From: the human T2T-CHM13v2.0 reference genome, Homo sapiens
Assembly: GCF_009914755.1 (NCBI RefSeq)
Contig: NC_060927.1
Length of the DNA: 64,000 bases
Reading direction: 5' to 3' (one strand)
Shown: piece after piece, positions 39,235 through 54,430 of the stretch
How positions within the stretch are numbered: the first letter of the stretch is position 1
Layout: every line of letters begins with the position of its first letter
The notes under the pieces: model-generated
Databases searched by the model: none
The model's input: only the letters and a program-made list of their open reading frames with translations
What the model was told of the DNA's origin: nothing
Program-made: the position numbers and the translations under genes

Positions 39235-40591
39235 GCTAAAGTTGTTTAACTAATTTCCAGTTGGAGGGCTCAAAGGCAGTAGGACCAGGGTTTTGTAAAT
39301 TCACTGCCTCTGCTGTGTTAGAGACACTGCACCAATCTTAAAGAACAGTGCCATCTCTGCAAGAAGTTGCTGTGGGATGAGATGATGACTGATACGAGCA
39401 GGAGAGAAGGGAGAGCACATTTTGAATCTTCTATTAGCACTCCTATCAACAGGTTGAGCCTTCTACTTTCCTGGCTTTCTGAGATGTAAGAATGAGTAAG
39501 GGCTTCCCATGGCGACGGTCTCTTTGTTAAGAATTTCCTATGTTCCTCCCCCATGCCTTTTCAATTGCAAGTTGAAAGCTGCCCCCAGAGGACACATTTT
39601 ATAGCGCAACAAAGAAGACATATTTTTACATGCTACCTTAGTGAGTCATTTTGCTTCTCAGACTTTTCAATTCGGAATTGCTTAATTATGTCCCATGATA
39701 GGTCTCTATGTCTAATGCCTCCCTTGTCCTGTTTTTAGGGCTGTATTTGCAGACATTAAGCTGTTTCAAGATTGTTTTTAGGCCAGTTGTTTAGCCAAAG
39801 TGAGCTAATTTGATGAATCATTACAGGAAAATTACCTGGCCTCACGGTACATAGTAGGTGTTTAATAAATGTTAAGCCCCACAGTTGCTAACCACCCCTA
39901 AATTAGCCAGCCTAAATTAGCTGAGCTTATGCTGTTAAAATGCAGCCTGCTAATTCTTAGAGCAAATATTTTTCTTGGTCAGGATTTTTGTCTAGTTGGA
40001 AAAGAAAGAACAGTATCAGCAAAATGGCTTTAAACATGTCTTAATGTCATGAGTTTGTCATCCAAGGCTCTACCCAGCATGGGTGCAGGGCTACCAGGCT
40101 TTGTTTGTATTGCTTTGAGTTGTTTCTTCAGAGGCCGTATCTGCCTTCTGTCAAAGTTTAAAGTTTCAAAGTTCCACCATCCATGTGGGCACACAGCGAT
40201 GCTAATGATAAGGTTGGTTGGAGTAGCCTGGTGGTGATGTCATGGGGATTAAGGCATGTTATCTGTAATAAGAATACACCCCCACTGCTGAGTGCAGCTG
40301 CACACAGCACCAGTCTTGGGCTGGGCATGATTCTCAGAGCTGATTTTAGAGTCAAATGAAAGCAGGCAATTATCATGTTCTTTAACTGTAATCAGCCGAA
40401 CAGGATACAGGTAGCCGCAAAATGGAGTTATTTAAAACAGTAACAAAGTCACTTCAAAAAGGGTAATAATCTGGAAGTCTCCTGCTGCAATATCTAGTTA
40501 AAGCTGTCCAAGTGTGGAGAAGACAGGGAAGGCTTATTTTGTAACCTCGTCAATGGCAATAGTATCAGGAAAGCCTCCTTTTGAAATAGAG

Positions 40592-40780
40592 GAGTGGGGA
40601 ACAAGGGGAGGGAGAGTGTTAGGACAAATATCTAATTCACATGGGGCTTAAAACCTAGATGATGGGTTGATAGGTACAGGAAACCACCATGGCACATGTA
40701 TTCCTATGGAACAAACCTGCTTGTTCTGCGCATGTATACTATAACTTAAAGTAATATTTAAAAATAAATAAATAAATAAA
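40592..40780 (+). mobile_element. Short L1PA (about PA8A-PA10) 3'UTR fragment
   Basis: ggggcttaaaacctagatgatgggttgatagg..aacttaaagtaa plus (TAAA)n tail. Confidence 0.85.
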
Positions 40781-41599
40781 AGGAACCTTGGCCTGGGGGC
40801 TGCCCCAGAGCAATTTAGTTTAGCCCCAACATGTAAACTAGAGCCTTTGAAAATGATCCAAGGAGAATCCTGAGTTTCCTGCCATCTGTCAGAGTGGTTA
40901 CCATGGTAAGAAGTATTCACAAGTGCAGCCAGCTGTTCCAGTCTGGCCTGGTGACTCATCAGCCCTTCAGCTTGGGTTGAAAGTTGATTCTGGACATTGG
41001 TTATCTTGGGCAGCATTTTTTGTGACATTCCAATAAGACCCTGGGCTGGGGAACAGGTCTGAAGCCTAAGCATTTCTTAGAATCTGTCAGAGCCTGCTTC
41101 TGAGCAGAGAGCAAAAGGTGGTGGATTCAGCTTGGCCCCCTACTAAATCTGGCTCTATCACCAATGATCTATGTGAACTTGGGCATATTTATTTAGGCTG
41201 GCTAAGACTTGGTTTTCCCCTCTGTAAAATGGAGATGATTATAATCTATCTTATAGGGATGTGTTTAGAGGAGTACCTCGCTTATGGTTGCTAAACAGAG
41301 TTCAGTACACATCAGCTGTTGTTATCATTGCCTTCCGCTAAGAAGCCCATGGACAGAAGTTCCTGCATCATCGCTTGGTAACACCAGCACAGCTTCTGAT
41401 GGTGTCCTTGTATTGCAGTAGCAAGCATGGATTTTCCTCTGCATTGTCTATGCCAATGAGCTAAGAAAACCGGGAGCCTTGTTCATCTTTCAGCCAGCTG
41501 GGTAATGCCTGTGTCAATTCCCATTCCTTTAAACACCAGCCCATTAATTGGTAGTGGCAATGAAAAGATACCAATACTTATAACAGCAGCTATAGCTCT

Positions 41600-41830
41600 G
41601 CCTCCTGTTGGAATACTTCCTCTCTAGCAGGCACTGTGCTGAATGCAACACATAGATAACCTTCTTTAACCCTATGACCACCCTATAAGGTAGTCATTAT
41701 TCTCACCATTTCACAGATAGGAAACTGAGGCACCAAGAGGGTTAAAAAGACATTGTTGTAAGTGGATGAGTTAGGATTTGAGCTCAGGTATTACTGACTT
41801 CAAAGATGGCATTTTCACTATGTCACATTG
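41600..41830 (-). mobile_element. MIR SINE
   Basis: ccatttcacagataggaaactgaggcac..ggatttgagctcagg. Confidence 0.75.
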
Positions 41831-42064
41831 CCTTCTCTTGAGCCTTTGGGAACAGTGCAGCTTTAAGAGCCCGAACTCTAACAAAGAATAAAATCAGTCT
41901 TCTGTTGTAAGGATCTTAACAACGTTGGCACACTTAGAGCATATTTCAGTGTACTTCTACACAGCTGGTTATTTAGATCTCAGAACATCTCTGTAATTGT
42001 TTAATAAGTCAGGAAACGAAGCCTTTGAAGAGTACCAGCAAGCTGCTCAAGAATGCACCCTGGA

Positions 42065-42495
<431 letters not shown>

Positions 42496-43579
42496 TTAGG
42501 TGTAGAGACAGCATTGGGCAGTGGGAAAAGGATAAGTCAATACCAATTCTTGCCAAATGCTAGAAAGCCCTTGCAGGGGTACCTGTAGAAATCTCCTGAG
42601 TGAGGATGGAGATGGTGGCCTGGCGGGCCAGTCAGGGACCAATTAGAGTTGTCCATTGTGGTCTGCAGTTGATTCTGTGACATATCCCGGTGTCTGGGTT
42701 AGTGCTAGGGCTGTGTCAATGGTGAGAGCGTTTCTGTGAGAAGTTTGTGCGGGGACATCCCCAAGCCTAATGCTTGGCTGATTTATGGTCTTCGTTTCTG
42801 TTTGTGTAAACAAAGCTTCAAAGCTTCTTGCCTGCATCTGTGTAAGGAAAAAAGCCAGAGGACAGTGAAGAAATATTCTGATGAAGAAAAGACCTTGAGG
42901 ACTGGCTACGTGACCACTGGTATCCCCTTGGGCTTTGCTGCCCAAGGAGTGCTGTGTGATGCTGCTGGTTAGGAGCTGGCTTTGATCTTCCATTTGGTCA
43001 AATGTGGCTGGTTTTCTGCTTGGTACCCACAGACGACTGTGTTTAATCCATTTATCGGTAATGTCCGTAAGTTACTGTCCAGATAAGGAGCCTCCACATC
43101 ACATTTTGCAGTTGACCACTTTGTTCTCATCATCTGTGTAACATTTGTGCAATCAGGCAATCATTTATGCATTCACCCTTTTAAAACTGAATGCCTTCTG
43201 TATGCTGGGTGCTGTACTAGGTGCTAGAGGTCGGTGTGAAACAGAGCCAACACCAGTCCTGCTGCATGAAGCTTTTACATCTACAGGTCTTTCCGAGCAC
43301 AGCAGTAAGTGCACTCAACATTAACCATTGTAGTATTCTAGAAAGGAATTCCTGTGGAGAGAATTTCATCCAGTCATGTAGAAGCACATGTATTAAAGTG
43401 TTTAAAATCTCATCTGGCAGTTGTTATGTAACTCAGGCTCGACTTTACATGTCTCTCCTTTGGGCTGCTACTCATGGCAGGAGGGGATGCCGAAGGGAAG
43501 GGTGGGAATGCCAGACTCCTTTGGCTATACCTTTCAAGCATGGGATAAGATGTTCATACCATCTAAATACTGGAACATG

Positions 43580-44190
43580 TGTAGGGGCAAAGAGGGAGAG
43601 CTTGCCCCATCATCCCCTGAAGGTTTGCTGAAAATGAACTGACAAAGGGCAGGTGAATAGGAAAAAAAGGCACACAAAATTTATTTTAATATGGACAACA
43701 CAGGGGAATCATAGTAGAATGGTTACCCAGTAACCCAATGGGGTACAGATGCTTAAATGCCCGTCTTCGTAGGGGAGGGAAAAGGGGGAAATATGGCTAC
43801 TTGAGGGATAATAAATGATTTTGAGGGGGAAACGAGTGGGCCTAAATGGTTAGTAAATAATTTCAATGGAAATTGAATGGGATGGAGAGCTGACAATGAT
43901 TTGGGAAGAAGTTGGCCTGGGCTCTAGGTGTGGTGTTTAATTTTCAATCTCTTCCTCTGTAATATGAATTGTAATCTTCTCTTCTCTGGTGAATGAAATG
44001 TCAGGAAAGGCAATTGTATTCCTCTTTGGCAGATCTGGCTTTTAGATAGATAAGGGAACTTCAGAAAACAACTGCATCCTGTGGTTTGGGACTGTGTGGT
44101 AAGGGAGACAGGGAGCAAGGTCGGAGAAACTTTGAGACTGCTTCAAGTCAAAGCACCATATTTTGGCGTAATGGTTTCTGAGTCCGAACA
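43580..44190 (-). mobile_element. ERV1 solo LTR (MER34/MER39/LTR49-group)
   Basis: TG...CA termini with perfect 4-bp TSD CATG (43576-43579, 44191-44194); minus strand begins tgttcggactcagaaacc..ccaaaatatggtgctttgac. Confidence 0.8.
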
Positions 44191-44950
44191 CATGCTACCA
44201 GAAATTGCCATTCACCTTTCCTTTGTTGATGGGGGAATTAAAATACATTGAATAATGTTAAAGTAAAACATTTTTGCAACAGAGTAAAGGTCATAATTGG
44301 GATGAAAGCCATACTTTTATCGCCAGTGTAGGAAAAAAATGTCCACCTTGTTTTTGTTTCATAAGCTATGCTGTTTTCAAAATAAGGTACATTCACTCTT
44401 ATGGTGATGACAATAAGGAGTAGGGATTACAATTAGTAAGCCAGCTGGTTTCCTACACTTTGTCAATGTACAGGGCTTATCCTGGTCCAAACCTGTTTCC
44501 TGGTGCTTAAGAAACACAGAATCCTGCCATGCTTTATCCCAAAGTGGTTCTTCTTAGTTCTCCTGTCCCTTGGAGACATGGCCCAAGTAAATTCCATCCG
44601 GGTCTTAGAATCCAGTTCAGAACAGCACATTCCCTTTGGAATATCTTGCTCAATGCAGACCATCCTTGTTCAGACCAAATGACTGTTTCGTCAAGTTAGA
44701 TGGGTCCTCATCCCCCTCTACCCTTTCCAATACCTTCGTTCCCTTTGTCCTTCAAATTCCAAGTGGTAACATGACTGTGCCTCCAGCACTGGCCTTTGCC
44801 AGGCTCCTTGTTCATCATCCATGTTAGGGCTGCATGGTGTTTGTCACCGTTGCACTTGATGATAGTGACTGCTCACCTTGTAGTACATAGCATCAATTGG
44901 TTCCCGTGTTTTCTCATTTAGTGAAGCTCCCTTCCATTTCTTTCCTGTAG

Positions 44951-45026
44951 AATTACCCTTTATGACTACCAAGCCATGTGTAGAGCCAACAAGGAAAGCA
45001 GCGATGGCGCCCATGGCCTCCTGGAT
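44951..45026 (+). CDS. CACNA2D3: CACNA2D3 coding exon (76 nt, phase 2-0): (R)[25 protein letters not shown]
   Basis: tttcctgtag| and GAT|gtaagt; YDYQxxC alpha2delta motif; phase matches previous exon. Confidence 0.97.
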
Positions 45027-45156
45027 GTAAGTACTATGCTGTCACTCAGAAAACAGCCGCACATTTCTGTCTTTCTCCCTGTCTGAGTGTTATCTTCCTC
45101 TTTGGAGTAATCAAGTTTATCTTTTTGCAAAATCATGAACATTTTGACTTTACTCA

Positions 45157-45505
<349 letters not shown>

Positions 45506-47977
45506 GCCACTGCTATATCAACTGAAATCCAGTAATTATATGAATGAGAAATGGATCTAAAGTCTTTGATGGATTAATGCAGCAGCCCCTTGTGACAGAT
45601 GGAAAAAGGGAGAAGTTTTGTTAATTCTCTCATTTGTATATAAAAGAACTTGGTTTTGTTCAACAGAACTTTTCCTTTTAGTTTGTAACAGAGTTGTGAG
45701 CTTTTGCCCTAATTCCCATTTTGATCACAGGTATTCCCTCTCCCCTAATCATGCCACTGGGTTTCAGCATCGTTTTCCCTGGAGCTGATTCCTTGGTGAT
45801 GTCACAGACGAGGATCAATCAGCATAGCTATTGTACCATTAGAAACTGGCTTTCAGATGGCCAGAAATTAACTGTTACCACTTACTCCCAAATTAAAAAT
45901 ATAATTTACAATGCGTAGACAATGTAAATTTGGCCAGCAATACCTAAAAACACAGAAAAAAAACCAGACATAGTGTACCTCTGGATAGTCTGTCACATGT
46001 GTTTAAATATAACCCTTACAATGTTATTATTTTGTAAATACCAAAAATTAACCTAAAATTTTGTTTGAAACACAACACTTAAAAGCCATTTTGGCTTTAA
46101 AATGTGCATACTTTCTAATTTGCAGATGTAAGATGTTACAAGGGGATTATTTAAAAAACAGATAATTAACACGGTTCTCCTACACTGAGGGAGCAAGAAA
46201 TGATTCAGAGCTGGCAAATTTGTAAGAGGCAACTAAAATGAATATTTTGAAAAATACAGCTTTTTAGTGAGACTCACTATGTCTTTCTAACCCAACTCCC
46301 CTAACCTTAGCATGAATATTTCCAGACATTAAAGGTTCCCAAGATATATTTTCACCATTAGATTTAAAAGCTCAGTGGCTTTACGCTTTTAGATGATAAT
46401 GTGCATTTAAATTTTTTTAATCCTGTATTTGCATAATCCCTTTGTTTACTCATATATTGAGCCAATGCCTGGCATGGAATGCCTGAGTGCCTTCCCCTGG
46501 CCTCAGAGCGAGCTGCCCCTGCTTCTGGCCCTCTTTCCCCCGCAACCTCCAAAGCTTCCTTAATCCTTTTATTCACTCTCTCCTTCCCCTGACCCACATT
46601 ACCCACCCAGCAGATACAAAGACACAACATCGTCCCATAGTCTGACCAGCCCGGTCTTTTTGAAAGCAAGATGATTATTTTTCAAGCCGTAAAATGTAAT
46701 GGCAAAACCGCAGGACTGCAAAGTGTGGTTTCAGGAAACTGTTAAAAGTTCACATCCTTATCTGACCCTAATCCTGGCGGCCCAGAACACTGTGATTCAA
46801 GGAATGATGTGGAAGCACTCGGTTGAACCAGAGCAAGAGATACACCAAGTCTGAAATCTGGGTGGGCTGGGAAGAGCCTCAGCATTGTTGTTGTTGTTGT
46901 TGTTGTTCTGCTCATTTACTTTCTGGCCGGACTGGGAAAGTTTTGAGAATGATTGGGGGCATGTAAATTTGTTCTTGTTTCATTTAAAACTGGATAATTC
47001 CTCCATTCTCAGTTCTAGTTCTTATAATTAAAATGCTCAGAAGGTGGGATTAAGCAGCTCTAGCTGCAGAAGCAAGGATTTGGCATGCATTTCAATTCTC
47101 CGATATCTAAAGGCAACCACAAAAGGTTCTGAGATTCTTCTGGACCTGACATCTGGAGCCCAGAGCCCGGGATTTGCCAGCGTCATTGTCTGTCTCTCAA
47201 GTTCACCCACCACTCACATAACTGGCATAGCTAGGTACAAAGAACCAACTGAGGGGGAGACTTGGTATTTTCCAGAATTCAGGAAATTGAATTATCCACA
47301 TAGGAAATATCACAGAGTAAACAATCCAACTGCTTTTTTTAATTAAAATATTCTGAAATAAAGATTAGGCTTTCAATGCCTTCTTTTATAGAGTGAAGGA
47401 GATTTTCAGCAAGGATAAAATCACATGTTTATATGGTTATCATTTTCTTCAAGTCCAAATATGTAAGTGTGAGAAAAGGCAGCTTAAATCCTACATAATT
47501 CGTGGACGGCATTAAAATCAGGTGTATGCAATTTTTGCTTATTTTAGTGAATGACATACAGTGATGGAGAACAGGGAATCACCTTTCCAAGAGGCTGCCC
47601 TGTAAATTACCATTTGAAATTAGTTATATGATTCCAGCCCCCTCAGCATTAAGCTTCAAAATATTAGCCCCTAGAGGGTAAAGGTTTAAGCATCGGGTGC
47701 TGAACTTCCTTTTTCCTCCCACTGATAACCCTTGTATTAGATCAGGTTTATTTTACTTGTAAATCACATCTCACTAGAGTGGAGTTCAAAGTTTTAAAAT
47801 GTTTGTTTTAGGATACAGTATCCAACAATTTTCTTCACTTAGCTAGAACGCCACTGTTTTTTAACATGATATCAATCTCTCTAGAAGAATAACATTGTCC
47901 TTATGTAAAGCCCTAAATTAAGCTACAAATTTTGTGTGCACTACATTGTTTTTAATGAACTGAATTCTTCTCTTCAG

Positions 47978-48030
47978 CCTTATAATGCCTTCCTCTCTGC
48001 AGTAAAATGGATCATGACAGAACTTGTCTT
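47978..48030 (+). CDS. CACNA2D3: CACNA2D3 coding exon (53 nt, phase 0-2): PYNAFLSAVKWIMTELV(L)
   Basis: ttctcttcag| and CTT|gtaagt; frame continuous with both flanking exons. Confidence 0.95.
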
Positions 48031-49073
48031 GTAAGTAAAATCTGCTGCATTTTTTTGAAAAGTATTAATATTTTCCTTTTTGTATCATAAAGTGATCTAA
48101 GAGATTGTGAGTCATGCCTTCAATAACCATTAGATTCCTAGTACTCTGAGATAACTTCATTGAACATCTCAAAATATTGAACACAGAGACCAAAAAATGA
48201 TCTTCTATTAAGTGACTGTTGATCACTCCTTATGCTATTAGGTCATCGTTTAGCAGATCATTTGCAATACACAACAAATTTACTTATTGTGGTTACTGCT
48301 CAATTTCACATGGATGTCTGGCTGATTTTACTGCAGCCTGGGTGGGCTGTGGTCAGAAGAGCACACTGCTGTGACTGTCCACCATGCCACTTTGGCTGTC
48401 TTGGCCTGTGCAGGAATGGGTGCCTGTGAGATTGTCAGCTAGGGCTGGGGGCTTTCTCAGGTATGATTTCATTGTTTATTCTGTCAAACTATGGTCTTGT
48501 TTGGAGGTGCTGGTTGCATCTATGACTTAGATAACACTTGAAATGGCACAAAGATGAAAGTCTTGACTTTCAGACTAGATATTAGACACATTACAGAAAC
48601 ACCGTGTCACACAAAAGGGAAGAATTACATAGATGAACATGTAAACAAGATTGTTTAAGTTGTACCAAATTCTCTCATTCTTATTTCCCCTGCTTATTTC
48701 CTACAGACTCCAGTTCTGTGGGTTTGAGGCAAATTTCATGCCATTTGATGGATAGTCACTGTCCTCTTAACTTAATGTAACCTATATTAATTTAATAAAG
48801 TTTGTGAATTCAAATGGGAAGTAAATTCTCCATATACACATGAGGCAGAGAAAGAACATTAACAGATAATAGTGGGATTTTGATTGAGAGAGAGCTGCTA
48901 GGAATAGTAGCCATAAGCCTGAAAAACAAATGACCAAATTTTGATCTCTCTTCATCCACTGGAGGATAATTTATATTATTTTTGTAGTCTTTACCAGCCA
49001 TTGAGAAATGTTGATTTTTATGAAGTTCCATTGTGACATAATTTCATAGAGAGAAGTCTGTTCCACCTCCCTC

Positions 49074-49076
<3 letters not shown>

Positions 49077-49122
<46 letters not shown>
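49077..49122. repeat. (AC)n microsatellite (~23 units)
   Basis: Uninterrupted AC run. Confidence 0.95.
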
Positions 49123-49125
<3 letters not shown>

Positions 49126-49585
49126 GGGCTTAAACAAGTTCAAGTCGCAGTATTCATTTTGAAAGCATGTTTTATTACTACAGTTCATAGTCTTGGTAGA
49201 GGAGAATATTCTATTTGTATTTCTGAACTAAGGGAAGAGAGGCTTATTAGAAATTGGCTTTTTACTGTGGAATCAAACTAGATGATATTAAGATTGAACA
49301 ACTGGTGAACAACAACGAGAAAAGTATTTCAGCCTATACAGCAGGTTATTCCTCATCTAGGAATCTTTGAGTCTAGGTGAACCTGGCTTTAGGGATAAAA
49401 TAGCCTTTCACAAGAAAGATAAACCCCTGTGAAAATTTAGTAGTAACTCAGCCAACTGTGTTGATATCTCCAAATTGTGATGTTCTCAAATGAGGTAAGC
49501 GATGCCAAAGAATACAGAAAGTCACTGTTCTGTGATATGGGCATGGATGACGAAGTAACATTGGGCTTTTCCACGATCTGTTTAG

Positions 49586-49641
49586 GTTCCTGGTGGAATT
49601 TAACCTCTGCAGTTGGTGGCACTCCGATATGACAGCTAAAG
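49586..49641 (+). CDS. CACNA2D3: CACNA2D3 coding exon (56 nt, phase 2-1): (L)FLVEFNLCSWWHSDMTAK
   Basis: ctgtttag| and AAG|gtgagc; frame continuous. Confidence 0.96.
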
Positions 49642-50346
49642 GTGAGCAGCAACTGGTTTCTGTTTCCCAGCTTGGAGGGATAAGCGCTGGGTTCACTGGC
49701 TACTTTTCATCAGGGATGTGCTGGCTCACAGAAAATTCCCCAGGACAAAGTGATGATTTTTCAGCTCTGTCAGCAAAAAGCCACCCTTTGTGCTAAGTGC
49801 TGTGCTATCTAGTCTGACACAGAATTCCACAGGCTTCATTCAGCCCACGTTGAATGTACATCTTGACCTGTTTCCTTAACTAAGGCTTTGAGGTCATACA
49901 TTGCACAGGTAAATTCTTCAGAAAGCTCATGGGCAATGCTGAAATAGAAGGGAGACAGACACACTGCCTGTGTCTCAGGCTAAATGAATGATTAGCCATT
50001 CTATTTCTGTTTTCACAGTTACCCTCATAGAACATAAATCTGACCACATTACTATCCCTTCTCAAATACCTTTGATGATTTGAGGAGGGTGTAATTAGTA
50101 GAGACTCTTGGAGGCATGGGTTGTGGAGTTAGAATAGGTTTCAGTCCCAGCTTAGAGGTTGGCCTTGGGCATATCAGCTGATCTGTCTCCAAGGCTCAGT
50201 TTCCCTATGCTAAGCACAATGGGGAAAAATAATATTTATCTTAGCAAGTGAGTGTGTGTGTGTGCATGTATGTTTAATGCTGTGAGAAATCATATTACGT
50301 GCTGACCACAGTGACTGGAACATAAGTCCTCAAAAAATAGTAGCAA

Positions 50347-50615
50347 TACTGCATGTTCTCATGTATAAGTAAGGTAAACACTGAGTACACATGGACACAA
50401 AGAAGGGAACAGCAGACACTGGGGCCTACTTGAGGTGGAGGGTGGGAGGAGGGTGAGGATGAAAAAACTACCTATCGGGTACTACGTTCACTACCAGGAT
50501 GATGAAATAATCTGTACACCAAACCCTCGAGACATGCAGTTGACCCGTATAAAAAACCTGCATGTACCCTCCACACCTAAAATAAAAGTTGGAAGGAAAA
50601 TAAATAAATAAAAGA
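50347..50615 (+). mobile_element. L1PA15/16-type 3'UTR fragment following a MIR (~50110-50345)
   Basis: ggacacaaagaagggaac..aaactacctatcgggtactac..aatctgtacaccaaaccc..aaataaaagtt. Confidence 0.85.
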
Positions 50616-52787
50616 AAGAGTATCTGTAATTATAATGGTGGTGACACTGTGACCATGACAATGATGATGATCGCCTCCAAATCCAGTGATCCTTAATGAA
50701 CGCTGGCTCCAGCAGTCTGCCCCAGGCCTGCCCACTCATGTGCTATTTCTCAGATACACTCTGTTCTTTCTTTCCTTCATTCATGTTCATTTTCCTACTT
50801 GGGAGGCCAGGGACTAGTAGGCTATTACCATTCTTATTATTTCTAACTGTCTGTCTTTTAAAAAAGAGATTGATTAGTCACATATCAGCATTGCCCCAGG
50901 TGCTGGATCTATTTTAATCTAACATTCCCTTTCCTTTCCCTTAAGATCCCAGTCTGTGAGGATTCCCTCAACTCCCTCAGGCAGAATGAACATTTTCTTC
51001 TTGCTCCTGCCCCAGTCAGCTCATGCGTTATCCTATCTCTTCTTTACCATTATTGCCTCACTGTTTGTGTTTTACACTAACCTAGAATTTCTTGATGGTA
51101 GGAGCTGTGTCTTAAACATTGTTCTCTCTTAACACCTAACTGGTGCTGAGCACACAGTAGGTGCTTTATCTTTGCTGATTCAATATCCTAACAAATCTTT
51201 CTGGTGCTAGGCATGACCATTAGGGTCACTATAGTCATGGCTTTGTAACTTACACATAGGCTCGTTTTGCCGGAATCCAGGAACTCTCTGATTTCTGCTT
51301 AGAACATGAGATGGAGCAGAATCTGCTGAGTTCTGCCCCTGCTGATTCCCGCATAGTTTGCTCTCTGATAACTGGGAGCCTAATCCATGCCTGTCCAGGC
51401 TTGGCTCTGCCCTGGGAGGCTGACAGCCCAGTGGAGCAGGGCCCCTGTGTGCTGCTTTCATCCACACACATGCACATTGGTCTGGTGACCCCCAGGACTG
51501 GGACCCAATTTTGCTCCTCCCTGCTGGGTTGAGTTCTGAGTGACAGTGAGTGCCCCAAATCCCACTTATAGAAATTCAGCCTGAGGACATAAACCTGGAT
51601 GGGAACAAAGGTTTCTATGATAGGATGATCATCACCAGGGAATTTATAATTGCAAATACTGGTAACTCTTTAAATGTCTAACACTAAAGGCCATTTTACA
51701 ATAAATTACAACCCATCCACAGAAAGAAAAATGATTCTGTTTCTGAAAACTTTTTGATGAAATTTAAAAAATGCTCATGAAATTATAACAAAACAAGACA
51801 AAACCCAGGAAACAAAACCGTATATACACAAAAACACATAAAATGGTGGGAGGAAGGAGATATGGAGCTAATTAGGGTCAGTAGTTGGTATGGGAAATAG
51901 GGAGTCAATAAACAAACACCAACATATGAGTTAGGAAAAGAAGACTATCATGTCCCCGAAAGGAAATCTTACCTGTAGTGTCAACTTGCTTTTGTTAAAA
52001 TTGCACATGATTTGAAAAAAGAAAGATGAGGAAGAACCTACTAAATGCGCACTTGGTTATCTTTTACCATTCGCTTTTCTTATTTGACTCACTCTTCCAC
52101 AATTTTACTAATAGGAGTGAAAAAAATGAGATTTAAAAAAAATAAAATCAATAGAGCCCAGGAAAATGAGTTGCAAGTTGGTTAAATGGCTGCTGTCTCT
52201 GCGGCACCAGTGACCTGGGGACAAATCCCCTCTCCCTCTGAATCAGACTGTGAGCTCTGAGAGGCCGGAGCAGCTTTGGAACCTAGTGGTTAGGAACCCT
52301 GGGTAGCCTTTCTCTGCTTCTTGCCTGCTGTGAGGTTCTGGGCAAGTCACTTGGTCTCTCTGGACTTTGGTTCCATTTGTCAACAGAGGAAACAATAGAC
52401 ATAATATGGTTGTGAGAGGTGAATTAAGCAATGCGTGCCAAGCCCTTGTGCAAGTACTCCATGCATGGTGGGTGGGCGCTCATGCTTTGGGTGGTGGTGG
52501 TTTTTTTTTTAACCGAAATGTCTGGTTATTTCTTAAGAGTTTGCACAGGGCTGAAGGCAGCAGGCTTGTTGTTTTCAGTGGTTTTCTTTTTGGCATTCTT
52601 CTTCATACCTAGTGAAGACGCTCCCTTCTCTTCATGTCTGCTTTCACTCCCACTTCCCTCATCCTGGCCTTGACCTGTTTCCCTTCTTTGTGACCTGCCA
52701 CCACAGACATCTAGTCATACTGTTATTTTGGTCCTATGGATTCTAGAGTTTTTACTGAATGCCATTCACTATGATCTTTGCCTAGAA

Positions 52788-52997
52788 CAGTGGTTTTCAA
52801 ATGGGGGCAGTTTTGCCTCCCAGGGGAATGGCTGGAGACATTTTTGCTGTCATAGCATGGGGGAGGAGGGTTCTTATTAGAATCTGGTGCGTAGAGGCCA
52901 GGGATGCAGCTAAATATCCTGCAAAACACAAGACAGCCCCCATAACAAAGAAATATCCCACTCAAAGTATCGATAATGCCACTGTTGAGAAACCGTG
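52788..52997 (+). mobile_element. MER20 hAT-Charlie DNA transposon
   Basis: cagtggttttcaa...ttgagaaaccgtg terminal inverted repeats; 8-bp TSD gcctagaa/gcctagac. Confidence 0.9.
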
Positions 52998-54199
52998 GCC
53001 TAGACCAAGGGGTGCAGAGTAGGGGACAGTGACTAAGGGAGCCAGGTATGGTCTCTGCACCCATGACGTTGAGAGATACTTGTGAAGGCTCCCATTCTGC
53101 AATTTCACCACCCCCACCCCAGCTGGACCAAAAGTGGTCCAATTTTTAGCTGAAAGGAATAATATGGTGCTTCAGTTCTCTATTTTCTGTCTTAAGGAGC
53201 TTTGTAGAAAGGACCCCAAATAGATCATTTCAGCATGTCCTCTGACTCCCACTGCCAGACTGTGAGACCTCCTTTCCACAGACTACAGAGAGACCTTGTC
53301 ACATAATTGCATCATTGATGCATGGTGTGCTGATACATAAGTGCTTTGCCATTTCCAGAGAGCTGGCACATAGATTATCTTCAGATCTGTTCAACATACC
53401 TGAGGGGTGGGGACTGCTAGAATTTGCCACCAAGCCTCTCTGAAGCACCTAAGTCAGACAGCTAAGAGGCAGTGGACTCAGACCTAAGCCAAGACCTCCC
53501 TCAGCTAATGACGACAGCGAGAGCTGCAGCTACTGCACTGGAATTGTCTCATTCCAGCTGACAGCCCTCTGCTGGGCATCAATATGACTTTTTCCATTTT
53601 ATGGATGAAGAAAAGAAAACAAGCAAAGGTGAATTCGTCCATCTACAGGGTTGCTGTCATTGGGATATCTTATTAAATGTAAATATAAATCCCAGACCCA
53701 GCGTAAGGAGGGAAATGTTCCAGGCACCATATGCTATTGGCTTGCAAGGTTTCTTCATTCTAAATTTACCATTCCCTCAAAAGATAAAGACCCTGAGCTG
53801 AGACATACATCTTTGTTTTAGCTAAAAATGGAATCCATAATTACACTGTTTATCTGCTCCATTTCCTTAATGAAGGGGACTGTGGAAGCCCATTTCTGCT
53901 TGATTATCACAAAGGTATCATTTTGGTGAAGTTACACAAAGAGAACAGAGCTTGCTGGCACCCGGTTGTGAACAGGGGTGCATTCACAGAAACAAAAGAA
54001 GAGGAAGGCTTTTCAAATGGCAAATCTATTCAATCCCAATTGTCTGCACATAATTACTGTGAACCCAAGTCAGTTTTTCTCATCAGGGACATTTGTTGCT
54101 AAGGGAAAATTAAAGAAATTCAGTTGTGCGGACGCTCCCTTGGGTGCTTCATTGTGAGTGGGTGATAGGTCATGGTGACATCGGTGTAACTGGGATAGG

Positions 54200-54430
54200 A
54201 GGCACAGCAGTGTGGGCTCCAGGATGTGAGGGCCAGGCTCGCATCTGGACCCCATCACTCACTGCAGTGTGACCTTGGGCACGTGTCTTCGTTTCTGAGC
54301 TTTAGTTTCTTCATCTGCAAAATGGGACAGTAGCAAGGGCTTGTTTATTCTATGGTGATGAAGATTCTGCCCATGCTAAGGGCCTGGCACAGGGTTTGGC
54401 ATGTAGTAAGTGCATAGTGAAGATTGATGG
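54200..54430 (+). mobile_element. MIR SINE
   Basis: gtgtgaccttgggca..agtttcttcatctgcaaaatggga..tggcatgtagtaagtgc. Confidence 0.75.
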
